From Eledone cirrhosa (taxonomy: Eukaryota): a DNA stretch of 64,000 nucleotides. The position numbers were made by a program, and so were the translations under genes. The notes beneath the pieces were generated by a model. It had not been told where the DNA came from and did no database searches. It saw nothing but the letters and a program-made list of their open reading frames with translations. Location: assembly GCA_964016885.1 (NCBI GenBank), contig OZ024745.1:92814001-92878000 (forward strand), in the 5' to 3' direction. This document shows positions 15,667 through 27,935 of the stretch, piece after piece (position 1 is the stretch's first letter; each line of letters opens with the position of its first letter).

Positions 15667-16637
15667 AGATGGTTCTATAGAAATAGTGGACACCTTCCGT
15701 TACCTGAGTGACAAGATCAGCAGTGGTGGAGGGTGCTCTGAAAGTACAGTAGCCAGAGTCAGAACGGGGTGGAAAAAGTTCAGAGAGCTTATACCACTAT
15801 TGGCCACTAAAGGTTTCTCTCTAAAAATGAAAGGCAGACTGTGTGATGCCTGCATACAAACAGCTATGTTACATGGCAGTGAGACCTGGGCATTGTGTGC
15901 AGAGGTCCTGCGCAGACTGGAGAGGAACGAAGCATGCATGCTCCGTTGGATGTGTAATAGTAATATACGCGAACGGCAAAGCATAAATGAAGTGAGAAAT
16001 TAGGAATAAGGGGGATCAGATGCTGTTTACTCAAGAGAAGACTACGTTGGTATGGTCACGTGATGCGCGTGAAAGAAGACAGCTGTATAAAAAAGTACAG
16101 GGCAATCAAAATTGATGGAAGTTACAGAGTAGGTAGACCCAGAAAAATCTGTGACGATTTGATAAATTCCGACCTTACAGACAATGTCACTGGACCGAGA
16201 TCTTTGGCGCTACGCAATAATACAGAAGACCCGCCTTGCTGATGTACATAGTAAAATCTACAGTCAGTAGGCACCTCTAACAAAATACACCCCGTCCCAC
16301 TACCCCCACCCCATCCACACCACCCCTTTCAATGTAAAGTTATGTTGGTACCACAACATCCAGCCCGAAACAAATGAGGTCGTGTAGGTGTCACAACAAA
16401 AAAACACACAGTCCACGCTGTAATGTGGCCGTGTAGGTAACACGGTAAAAACCTCCCAGGTCCACACTGTAAATGTGGTTGGTGTTAGGAAGGGCATCCA
16501 GCCATAGAAAACCTGCCAGACACTCCTATACGAGCGAGACACGGTCTCCCAACCAATCTTGCCTCAAGTGGGACAATTCCCACCTAAACCCATGCTAGCG
16601 TGGAAGATAGACATTAAACGATGATGATGATGATGAT
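15667..16637 (+). mobile_element. 5'-truncated RTE subfamily A copy
   Basis: ORF 15653-16003 matches 2805-3539; 3'UTR and (GAT)n tail present. Confidence 0.92.
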
Positions 16638-16659
16638 GTGCTAATTTTTTTTCATGAAC

Positions 16660-16945
16660 GCCAAAACATGGATGAACTGAAAGAAAAACTGGGCATAAGA
16701 GGAATAATATGTAATGTGCAGGAGAGGAGACTGCAATGGTACATGTGATGTGTATGGATGATGGTTGCAGGGAGAAGTACAAAAACATCCCAGAGGAAAG
16801 GTATTGGAGTAGAGGAAGACTAAGGAAGACCTCGGCAGAGGTGGTGAGAGCTAAATTCATATCACTGAAGTTGACAGAAGAAATGATGAAGGAACATGGT
16901 GAGTGGGGTAAGGGGATTCTGTGCAGAAAAGCGATGTCCAACTCA
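16660..16945 (+). mobile_element. Degraded RTE 3' fragment (similar copy at 19751-20120)
   Basis: QERRL.W..HVM, SRGR..KT.AEVVRA. Confidence 0.8.
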
Positions 16946-17025
16946 AAAACATTGATATTTCAACAGCTTTCTTAAAACTAATTTTATTAATTAAATGGCT
17001 ACATTAATTCGAAACTTAGATGAGT

Positions 17026-17327
17026 AACAAAGGGGCTAATGACATAGACAGTGTCTTTCATTAGAAATATGGTAACAAAGGGGTTAAAGACATAATCAGT
17101 GTCTTTCATTAGAAATATGGTAACAAAGGGGTTAATGACATAGACAGTGTCTTTCATTAGAAATATGGTAACAAAGGGGTTAAAGACATAATCAGTGTCT
17201 TTCATTAGAAATATGGTAACAAAGGGGTTAATGACATAGACAGTGTCTTTCATTAGAAATATGGTAACAAAGGGGTTAAAGACATAATCAGTGTCTTTCA
17301 CGAGAAATATGGTAACAAAGGGGTTAA
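17026..17327. repeat. 48-bp tandem repeat (~6 units, alternating A/B variants) made from a piggyBac-MITE end
   Basis: Unit gacata(gac/atc)agtgtctttcattagaaatatggtaacaaaggggttaa(a/t); matches the terminus of the element at 37814 in reverse. Confidence 0.9.
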
Positions 17328-18204
17328 CTAACTTTATATTTTGGTCATGCTTCCTAAATTTTAATCATTTTGAACCCCAAAGTTCAAGTTCCCAAATTGT
17401 TCACTCTAATTTGAAGTTGGATCTTACAGTATAAAGAAATTTTAATTATATTTGATTAAATTAAGATAGAAAAAAGGCCAGAAATTACTAGTTTAGAAAA
17501 ATGAACCTATCTGTTAGACATGCAGTGACTAACAACAATGTTTTAAGTCTGTATGTCTGACATATATGCGTAGCTTGTGAATAAAAAATTCAAGAGATTT
17601 CGCTGCCCGTGGTGATCCCTGCCAAACATCTTTTGTAATGTATCGTCTTATTATCAACCAGCGAGAGTAATTGTTGCTCAAAAGCATCCGCCACTTTGTT
17701 TGCACATTTATTTATCGTTTCGCTTTCGAATCTTCCTCCTGTATTTCGTCGTTTATCATCAAAATATTTTTCTCGTTTTGGTAAGTTATATTGTTAATTT
17801 ATATATGATTTTTTTAAATTTATATTAACTATTTTTTTTTCAGTTCGTTATAACATGCTTATAATATTGGTTGTATCATATTTACTTGTATATTATTGTT
17901 CGTTTTATGTTAGATTATTTTATTATTATTATGTTAGTCTAACATAATAATAAAAAATAATCTATTTGTATGTAATATTTAATTTTTATTAATTCAACTA
18001 TAACAATTATTATGTAAAATATGATTGTTTTTTGTAGTTGTTTATATTAAAAGTCTGAAAATATTTTTATACATCTTACAATAATATTTATAAGATCATT
18101 TATAAAATACAATTATATAATCTAATTACATTACAACGATAATTTATTATTAATATATATCATGTTTAACTAGAGTTATTACAAGCGTTGCCTTAAAAAA
18201 ATAT

Positions 18205-18649
18205 TAAACTAGACCTGAAAAATGCGCAAGCTCAAAAGAGCCACAGAATGTTATAATAAACCTTCAAAAGTGTGGGACTAGAGTTGTTGCTCAAAAATAT
18301 TGTAATCATTATCTATCGTACACTCTGTGGCATCCTTTTATAAAAAAGAGACTCATAACGAACTCAAGACGACACGATAATTATTTAAGTGAATTTATAA
18401 TATAGAATTCGGTTTAAGTGCATTAATCATTACTAAACATCTAATATGAGATATTGAACATTAGCTTAAATAATTATTGTGTCATCTTGAGTTCGTTATG
18501 AGTCTCTTTTTTATAAAAGGATGCCACAGAGTGTACGATAGATAATGATTACAATATTTTTGAGCAACAACTCTAGTCCCACACTTTTGAAGGTTTATTA
18601 TAACATTCTGTGGCTCTTTTGAGCTTGCGCATTTTTCAGGTCTAGTTTA
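18205..18649. repeat. 185-bp near-perfect inverted repeat (18205-18389 / 18465-18649) with 75-bp spacer
   Basis: taaactagacctgaaaaatgcgcaagc... versus ...gcttgcgcatttttcaggtctagttta. Confidence 0.92.
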
Positions 18650-19700
18650 TTATGGCTAAACTCATGACTAAATTAATTTCTTTCAGTCACTACTTATACA
18701 GACATGCTCGAAATTATCACCTATTTAGGTAAAAATCATCTCTATAAGTAGGACCCTTATCTTAATAAACCAAGTTTTATATCTCAAGGCCTTAAATGAC
18801 TAACAATTTTTGGAATTTCCATTTACATTTCTGATAAAGTAAAAATATTATCTTCAATCTATTTTAAAATAAATTAAAAAAACACTAATCAATGAAAAAT
18901 GCACTCAGTCCTCACTCTAAAGTGGTTGATAATAGGAAGAGAACCCAGCCAGAAAAGTCCAGTCAAATTATGAAAAAACACAATCTATTACATTGTGCTG
19001 GAAAAAACCTATACAAAATATGGAAAAGTAGAAGTAAAATGACTGAAATCTGCAGTGTAATACAAAATAGGATTTACATAGTTTTATCTTCAGAAGCAAA
19101 TTGGCAGAGTCGTTAAGACGTCAGATAGAAAGCTTTACGGTATTTGCCCTACCTCAGTGCATGCTCTGAGTTCAAATCCCGCCGGGGTCAAATTTGCCTA
19201 GTACTGGGGTTGATTCTTCCTCTATAGAAAAAAATCGGCTGTGTTCATACCTGAAGTGAGTTGGGCTCCGCCAGGTTTAAGAGTGCCCCAGACACACCGT
19301 ATGACAGTGCCTATATGCCTCCACAAAAAGTTATGGGAACTATCTTATTAACTGTATTTACACAAAGGATTGTAAATATTTTGTGAGATCATAAAGAGAA
19401 TCAACTTTTGATAAATATGTGTAATGAAATTTAACTTATTTCAAGGATGAGTCAATGAACTCCTCAAAAATTATATAAACTTCTTGATGAAATGGACAAA
19501 TCTAACAAGTGAAGCAAAGGAAGCAAAGCTGAAGTGAAGCAAAGGAATATTTTCATAATTCTTCCAGACTAGGGGGTCAGGGAGATCAACTGATAACTAT
19601 TAACTCCACAAACCATTTATACAATGAATTAAAACTCAGTTACCACTCTATATTTATACAGATATAACTTTATTGTACACTTCAGGTACTAGCTCACTTC

Positions 19701-19753
<53 letters not shown>

Positions 19754-21221
19754 GAAGCTGCCATGCTTCATTGGATGTGAGAGAAAAGCAGAGACTGGAT
19801 GAACTGAAGAAAAAAACTGGGTTTAAGAGGAATCCAAAGTGGTGTGCAAGAGAGAAGACTGCATTGGTACAGACACGTGATGTACATGGATAATGATTAC
19901 TGGGTGAAAAAGTGGCAGGAAATCACAATGGTGGGAAGCCACAGTAGAGGTAGACCAACGAAGACCTGGGCAGAGGTGGTGAGAGCTGATCTCAAATCAC
20001 AGAGGCTCACAGAGGAAATGACGAAGGACCATAAGTGGAGAGATGTTGTGCTGAAAAGGATCCATCCAACCCATGCAAGCATAGAAAAACAGTCGTAAAA
20101 ATGATGATGATGATGACGAGGATGATTATATATATATCATGTTGGAGCTATATATTTTAATTTAATAACTATATTGAATATACCTTTTATGAACAAGTTA
20201 ATTAACATTATACAAACAATTAACTAATTAAGGGTGCTATATAAACAACAAAATATGAATGAACTATAAAACAACTAGAGTTTACAAACATTCTCATTAT
20301 AAACAATATTATCATAATCATCTTGTAATGATTACCTAAATGATTACCAAGGACAAATTAATTGCTTTAAAGTATTTCAACCATTATAGTTCTGAGTTCA
20401 GATTCTACCAGGATTGATTTTTATTTTTCATTCTTTAGAAGTCAATGGAATAAATGCCATTAATATATTTCAATTGAGTTAATTAACTATGCCTCTCTTT
20501 CCTAAAAATGTCTCATGCCTAAACAAAAAAAAAAAAAATTGTTAATTATTATTTTTTCAACTATATGATGCCGTAGTAATTTCTTAGCAAATTAAAATAT
20601 GAGAATATAATAGGAAATTTAGTTTAAATGACTATATTGTTAATGATGAAGGCATAACTGCTACATCTTTCCAGTGAATGTCCATACAAATCACACACTT
20701 TGTATTACTATAATCATCATCACCATCATCATTGTTTAACATCTACTTTCCCTGCTAGCAAGATTTGGATGGATCATCAGCAGACCAGAGTGGATCAGGA
20801 ATCTGTATTTCGCTTACTTTCAACTACCCTACTGAGATGGGCCGATAGCCTGCAACTCCCATACAATCCCGCACACTACCAAGTAATTTTGACACCAGCA
20901 CTAAGAAGAGCGTTATGCTGAAGAGTTGTCCCAGCCCTTTTGTTTGGCAGGTTTTCTATAACTGAATGCCATTCCTATCACCAACCACTTTGCAGAGTGT
21001 ACTGGTGTGTTTTAGAAGAAAATAAATATTCACAAGACCACATTTTTCTTAATTAAACCAACAAACATTGACTATTCTGTTCTAGAGGAGAACTAGAATC
21101 TATTTTAAACTTAAAATAAATACAAATCATCTAGTCTAGCCTACCAACAAATCTATGCCAGTAGTTTGAACCAATAAACTATTTCTAGCTTGCAGAGTAA
21201 ACTATAGCTAACATAAACATA

Positions 21222-21328
21222 TTGAATATATATAAAAATGAGAAACCTCATCGCTAGACTAGCCGTTAAAACATCAGTGAATAACGGCTGTTCTGGCAAT
21301 AAGGTTTGTCATTTTTATATATATTCAA
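21222..21328. repeat. Old imperfect palindrome, probable small MITE
   Basis: ttgaatatatataaaaatga...agccgtta / taacggct...tcatttttatatatattcaa. Confidence 0.7.
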
Positions 21329-21645
21329 ATCAGAGACAACATTGTTTTTGCATATCTATTGAGTTATTACTGACTAGTATTTACTAAAACACAAACAAAT
21401 TGGATTTGGGCCATGCCTTACAATTAGCTATAAGAACACTTTGAAAAGACTCTAAATACTTTCAACACTATTTTAGCATTGGCATTTTACTTTCAAAATA
21501 GAAAGCTGGTTAATATCTTACAGCTAAATTCTATCCATTAAATGTTTACAATATCTTCAAGGAACAAATCTAAAATGAAGAAAGCCAATGGTCAGAGAGT
21601 TGAACTGTTAACATTAGGTAATTTACCTCCTTCCAGCAGGTAAAT

Positions 21646-22050
21646 TTAACCTTTTTACATACCAACACGCCTGAAACTGCCCCTTGGTTCTATGATACAA
21701 AGCTGTTTATTTTAAAGTATTTATATTTATCTAAAAACCTTCCATCATAATTTAATGTTTGTTAAGTTCTTAATATAGGTAGGGTATATCTTTCCAGCAG
21801 ATAATTTTAAGCCACATGAAAATGCCCCTGGTTCTGTGAGAAAAAGCTGTTTGTTCTAAAGTGTTTATATTTGTTTAAAAATCTGTCATAATTTTATGTA
21901 AGAACCTTTAAGTTATGTTTCAAACTACAAATTGATAATGAGAAAGTTAGTTATATTACTAAACCCTCCCAAATTCTTGACTGTTTTCAAAATGATTTGA
22001 AAATTATAAGCAATGTTTTTCACTAGAAATATGAAAATTCAGGAGTTAAC
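21646..22050 (+). mobile_element. piggyBac-type MITE family 2; degraded copies at ~32507-32730, 34390-35072, 37814-38048
   Basis: ttaacctttt...ggttctatgatacaaa...agaaatatg...gttaa shared among copies. Confidence 0.6.
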
Positions 22051-22383
22051 AATCACTTTGTAGAGTGATCTATTCAGCATTTTTAGACAAGAACTTTATC
22101 ATATATAAAACTCTCGTCTAAATATGCTGAGCATTTTACTTTGAAATATAATGCCAGAAATATTTCAGTATTCAGAGAAGTTGCAAAATGGCAGACAAGC
22201 TAAAATGTAAGCCAAACATATTAAAAGTTTTTAAGCACTTTGACTACATTGAGATTAGTGTTGGCCTACATTGGCAAGAGTTAATGCAATTCAAAACACA
22301 AAAAGAAAAGGAAAAAGAAAAACAAGAAAAGAAAGAAAAGAAAATGTTAATTTTTAGGATGAAGAAATATCTAATTCCTCAAA

Positions 22384-22472
<89 letters not shown>

Positions 22473-22486
22473 TGTGTATATATATA

Positions 22487-22810
22487 TGTAGGAGGTGAGT
22501 TTTATTGTAGTACAATAAAGCAATGCAGATATCGGATAAGAAGCACTCTACAGTTTGTAGGACTGGAGTATACATAATATATAAGATCAAAAGATGGTTA
22601 AAGGAGTTCCATGTATTTTATTATGCGCATTTCAAAAACAAATATGTTGATTTAAAACTGCACTATCCACAAGTGTTTTTTAGCCTTCATATCATGTCCT
22701 CCTGTTTTATCTGATGAAAACACAAATATTATTGCATGATGATGTTTGTTTTTGAAATGCGCATAATAAAATACATGGAACTCCTTTAACCATCTTTTGA
22801 TCTTATATAT
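22487..22810. mobile_element. Fold-back copy of the 4766-5045 hammerhead element
   Basis: 22487-22644 is the inverted 3' part; 22643-22810 is the forward 5' part; arms 22577-22644 / 22743-22810 pair; flanked by TA runs. Confidence 0.88.
22703..22773 (+). ncRNA. Type I hammerhead ribozyme
   Basis: tgttttat-CTGATGA-aaacacaaatattattgcatgatgatgtttgttttt-GAAATGCGCATA-ataaaata; substitutions relative to the 4847 copy preserve pairing via G-U. Confidence 0.92.
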
Positions 22811-24274
22811 TATATATATATATATATATGCCAGTATGAAAAAAAGGACAATGATGATAGGCACATTTATATAATATTAGGGATGACTACTTCTAAAAGA
22901 GAACTCAATACATGTCTAGGGTGTGTCAGTGTTTGCATATATAAAGAGATGTGGGGTGAAGCAGCGGGCAATAAGAGAAGACATTTATAAAACTATTAGA
23001 CAGCAATCTGAAAGTGTGGCAACACTAGTACCATATTTTTATAGAGAAATGTCACAAATCTAAAACCTCTAATAAACTCTAACTATATAGAAATAACTTT
23101 GAATAATAGTGCCAAGAAGGTATTAATATTATAACATAAATCCTTGAATTTTCATTAGCTGCTTTAATGAATATATCCATATGTGCACATTACAGACATA
23201 TACAAAATGTCTGCATAGATATGCTCAATGTGCTCACACGTGTGCACATTGAGCATGTAGACACACAAAATCATTTTCTTTAAAGAAACTCCTCAATATC
23301 ATAAATTGCATAATATTTAATAAACACCCAACATCATTGCAAAATATATATATATATGTATTTATAAACCAACTGGTGTTGGTACCAAAGCAAGCACTCT
23401 ATGCATGTGCATAACAGGTCAATACACAATAAATATCTTTTAATATATATATCATTTCATTTTTTCATCATTTCATTTTACGTCCGCTTTTCATAGAAAA
23501 AAACAAGGACATTAATCGATGATGATGATGTAAACGAAACTTCCTCGATTTTTTCTATTATATATATTATAAGAACAGATTAAAGTTTAAGCAAGGAATC
23601 GCTGCTTTCACCCATAACAGGATCTTCTAAAACTGAAAAAAAAAAAAATCACTCTGTGGACACAGAAGTAAATATAAAAAAAAAAACGTTACAACCAAAG
23701 AAAACCAGGAAGATGATACATTGGTTTGTGAAGACATTCTCTGGCGATAGATGAAAAAATGTGAGGATAATTACACCGTTATGTGTAGCGAGAAGAACAA
23801 ACTCTTGCAAAGGCAAAAACACATTTATGCTATAAAAGAAATCAATGGACTAATATTTAGAATAATCGAATGATTTCCATCTCCAGAGTTTGAGGATAAT
23901 GTAAATAAAATAATTAAACGAAAATGACAGTTCTTAATAATAGAAAACATTAAAGTAATGTTATAAGATTAACGTCCGTGCATAATTATGTGCTTACGCA
24001 AACATATATATATATATACATATACATATAAATACATACACAGATACACACATACGTGTACATATATACATACACACATGAATATGCATTTAATATACGC
24101 ATGCATGTGTATATGCGCATATACCCACTCGATGTTCAGTAAGCATATGCTTATACACACACGTGCACACTCCCACTTGCAAAGGGTAATAAATACACCC
24201 GTACACATATATACATATAAATCCACATATACACATATACATGTGTACACATACCCATACATATACACACACAT

Positions 24275-24690
24275 ATCATCACCGTTTTACGTCCGTTCTT
24301 CCATGCTAGCATGGGTTAGACGGGTTGTCCTGTTGTGGGCAGTGTCCGGTCGGCTGACCTTGACTTGCTCATACGGGAACTGATTCTGGCTTTATTTCTA
24401 CAGCTGGATGCCCTTCCTAACACCAACCTCATTTACAGTGAATGCTGAGTGCTTTTTTTTCCATGGCACCTACACGTCCACTTTACAGTGTAGGCTGGGT
24501 GCTTTTTTTTTTTTTTTTTAGCCGTGGCATCTGCACAACCACTTTACAGTGGAATGATAGGGACCCCAGTCCTATCATCTCATTTCTACAGCTGAGTAAA
24601 CTGGAACAATGTGAAATAAAGTGTCTTGCTCAAGGAAACAACACATCACCTGGTCTTTCGATTGTGAATTCAATTCTCAGACCGGGTGAT
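24275..24690 (-). mobile_element. tRNA-derived SINE family 1, 5'-truncated
   Basis: Body matches 25799-26131; RTE-like tail ending (GAT)n. Confidence 0.85.
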
Positions 24691-24866
24691 GTATATATAC
24701 ACACACACGTATATACATGCGTATACATATATACGCACATATACAAACATATGGATAAGGTGTACCTACAAATACAAATAAATAATGGTATGAAAATAAA
24801 GTGGACTTAGCTAGCACATCATGACGTATATTATCTGCATATAGTCCGTACTATCCGTTTGATTAT

Positions 24867-25056
24867 AATTGTTTCTACTTTTGGCACAAGGCCATCAATT
24901 ATTCCAGTGCATTACTGGTACTTTATTTTATCGACCTCGTAAGGATGAAAGGCAAAGTCAACCTCGGCGGGATTTGAACTCAGATCGTAAAGGGACGTAA
25001 CTATGCTGGAAAGCATGGTGTCTGACCCTCTACCGATACTGCCAATCCACCGCCCC
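24867..25056 (-). mobile_element. tRNA-derived SINE family 2; other copies at ~7415-7490, 19095-19210, 38333-38489, 41414-41530, 41540-41762, 44171-44354, 44993-45232, 48150-48343, 49610-49833, 62816-62930
   Basis: A box tggcagtatcggtag, B box gttcaaatcc, body gcctttcatccttacggggtcgataaaataaagtaccag (resembles the Meta-type central domain), tail ggccttgtgccaaaagtagaaac(aat/tat)n. Confidence 0.88.
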
Positions 25057-25410
25057 GTTTGATTATAATGTTGGGCTGTAACACAGGAAAGTTTTATACC
25101 GTTTGTGTTTACAAGCCAAAATTGCCTCGGATTTTTTATTTAAGATTTGATTGTTGGCATAGTATATTTCCAGGGCTTCGGCGGCACAAAGATTAAATGG
25201 TCAATGTTTCCATTATACGATCAAGCTTTAGCTAGGTTCTCCCAGTGTAATCTATATTGGGTGTGGTTGTCTTTTAGACTCCAGATATAGGCCGAAAGTG
25301 ATGTCATGTTCCTTTTTAAAGGGTTATGAAAAGAATGGGTGCCCATGTATAGACGCTGCTTGAATCCATTGGCAGTTAACCTTACTAGACATGGGTGTGT
25401 CGACTATATT

Positions 25411-25746
25411 ATCATCATCATCATTTTACGTCCACTTTTCCCTGCTTGAAAGGGTGGGACGGGAACTGGTTCTGGCTTGATTTCTACAGCTGGATGCTCT
25501 TCCTAACACCAACATCATTTACAGTGAGTGCTGGGTGCTTTTTTGCCGTGGCACCTACACGTCCACTTTACAGTGGAATGATAGGGACCTCAGTCCCTAT
25601 CATCTCATTTCTACAGCTGAGTAAACTGGAGCAATGTGAAATAAAGTGTCTTGCTCAAGGAAAGAACACATCACCCGGTCTGAGAATTGAACTCACAACC
25701 TTTCGATTGCAAGGCCAATGCTCTAACCACTAAGCCATGTGCCTCC
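25411..25746 (-). mobile_element. tRNA-derived SINE family 1, full length
   Basis: Reverse complement of 25799-26131. Confidence 0.92.
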
Positions 25747-25798
25747 ATTTTTATTACTAGATATATATATATACACATACACACATTATATATATATA

Positions 25799-26128
25799 GA
25801 GGCACATGGCTTAGTGGTTAGAGCATTGGCCTTGCAATCGAAAGGTTGTGAGTTCAATTCTCAGACCGGGTGATGTGTTGTTTCCTTGAGCAAGATACTT
25901 TATTTCACATTGCTCCAGTTTACTCAGCTGTAGAAATGAGATGATAGGGACTGGGGTCCATATCATTCCACTGTAAAGTAGTCGTGGAGGTGCCACGGCA
26001 AAAAGCACGCAGCACTCACTGTAAATGAGGTTGGTGTTAGGAAGGGCATCCAGCTGTAGAAATCAAGCCAGAATCAGTTCCCGTTCCACCCTTGCAAGCA
26101 GGGAAAAAGCAGATGTAAAATGAAATGA

Positions 26129-26131
<3 letters not shown>
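25799..26131 (+). mobile_element. tRNA-derived SINE family 1, full length; other copies at 50160-50501, 60393-60709, 63341-63497(-)
   Basis: A box tggcttagtgg, B box gttcaattc, CORE-like ccttgagcaagacactt...ctcagctgtagaaatgag, 3' tail cccttgcaagcaggga..gtaaaatgatg shared with RTE subfamily B. Confidence 0.92.
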
Positions 26132-26177
<46 letters not shown>

Positions 26178-26179
<2 letters not shown>

Positions 26180-27291
26180 AGCAAGAGGACTGAGAGTGAA
26201 CCTAGCTAAGACAAAAGCCTTGGTGAACAACTTTTACACTAAATTCTTCACAATATTCATTGTTAATTCTAACCTTACTGACTGTTTCATTATACATAGC
26301 TTGTATAGCTCTCACAAGCCATTCATCTACACCTAGTTTTCTAGGAGCCCACCAGATAATGGAGCGGGGGACTCTGTCAACAGCAGTTGGAAGCAAGAGG
26401 ACTGAGGGTGAACCTAGCTAAGACAAAAGTGTTGAGTAGAAAAGAGGACAAAACTCTGATTCCGTCAGGGAAATGGCCATGTTCGATATGCAGAAAAGGA
26501 ACTGGCATAAATTCTATAAAATGCACACAATGCAGATCCTGGGTACACAAGAGATGTAGCGGGATAGCAGGCAAACTAACAGGTAGGGAGAAATATGTAT
26601 GCAGTAGATGTACAGGGAAATTAGACAGTAGAAGTCGCATTGATAGACACATTTTTCAAATGCAGGCGGGTGCTATAGAAGTGGTGAATAGCTTCCGGTA
26701 CCTAAGAAATCAGATTAGCATGGGAGGGGGATGTTCTGATGCCATAGTATCTAGAATAAGGATGGGTTGGAAGAAGTTTAGGGAGCTGCTTCCTCTGCTG
26801 ACAAAGAAGGGTTTCTCCCCGTGTACGAAAGGCCGGTTATATGAGGAGTGCGATGCTGCATGGTAGTGAGACATGGGCAGCAACTGCAGAGGATATGCGA
26901 CAGCTGGAGAGAAATGAGGCAAGCATGCTTTGTTGGATGTGCAGTGTCAATGTGCGTGAATGACCCAGCATGAATGTGTTGGGAGAGAAACTGTCTGAGA
27001 GGGATAGAATGTAGTGTACGGGAGAGGAGACTGAGGTGGTATGGACATGTGATGCGCATGGAGGATGACCGATGGGTGAAGAAGTGCCAGGAAATGCCAG
27101 TTGAAGGAAGACATAGTAGAGGTAGACCACAAAAAACATGGGCGGAGGTGGTGAGAACATATCTCAGATCGCTGAAGCTCACGGTGGAGATGACAAAGGA
27201 CCGTGACAAGTGGAGAGATGCTGTGCTGAATAAGACCCGTCCCACCCTTGCAAGCAGGGAAGAGCGGACGTAAAATGATGATGATGATGAT
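26178..27291 (+). mobile_element. RTE subfamily B copy with inverted 5' RT segment (26218-26380)
   Basis: ORFs 26387-26866 and 26974-27273 on +; DRVPRSIIWW..LGVDEWLVRAIQAMY on -; (GAT)n tail. Confidence 0.92.
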
Positions 27292-27296
27292 ACATA

Positions 27297-27396
27297 AAAG
27301 GTGTCACAAAAAAATTATACACACTTTGATTACCTGTACAAGCAATATTTATTAGAATGCTGTCGAAGTGTGTATACATTTTTGGAGACACCTTGT
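27297..27396. mobile_element. ~100-bp Tc1/mariner-type MITE; second copy in reverse at ~40878-40979
   Basis: TIR aaggtgtc(a)caaaaa..tatacac / gtgtatacatttttggagacacctt followed by TA; same body in both copies. Confidence 0.75.
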
Positions 27397-27808
27397 ATAT
27401 AAAACTTGAAAAAAATATATGAAACAGCAAGAATTGTTATAATACATGTTCTATTTTCTGCAATAATATTAATTTAAACTAGTAAAAATAAAACTTATCA
27501 AAATATTTAAAAATTAAAACAGAAATTTCTGAGAGAGTGTTGACAAAATAAAAGGTATGATTTTTTTTAAAAATCTACAACCGACCATGAAGTGAGGTGT
27601 TATAAAGGGAAGGGGGGAGTAGGTGGTAGCCACAAAGTAAGAAGGTGAGAACAAGTAGATTAGCCAGGTAAAAATAAGTTGCTGTCTCAGCTTATTGATT
27701 ACTAATCACTACTGACTGCTTCACTATCTACTAGTTCAGTAACTATCGGACACTGAACTATTCTGATAGAGCAAATAAACCAGGAAATTTATTTAGCTTT
27801 TCATTACT

Positions 27809-27856
<48 letters not shown>

Positions 27857-27874
27857 AATATATCTAGACATCAT

Positions 27875-27935
<61 letters not shown>

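Noticed and set aside
25799-25870. tRNA gene
   Set aside because: A/B boxes present but no acceptor stem; continues into SINE body in every copy
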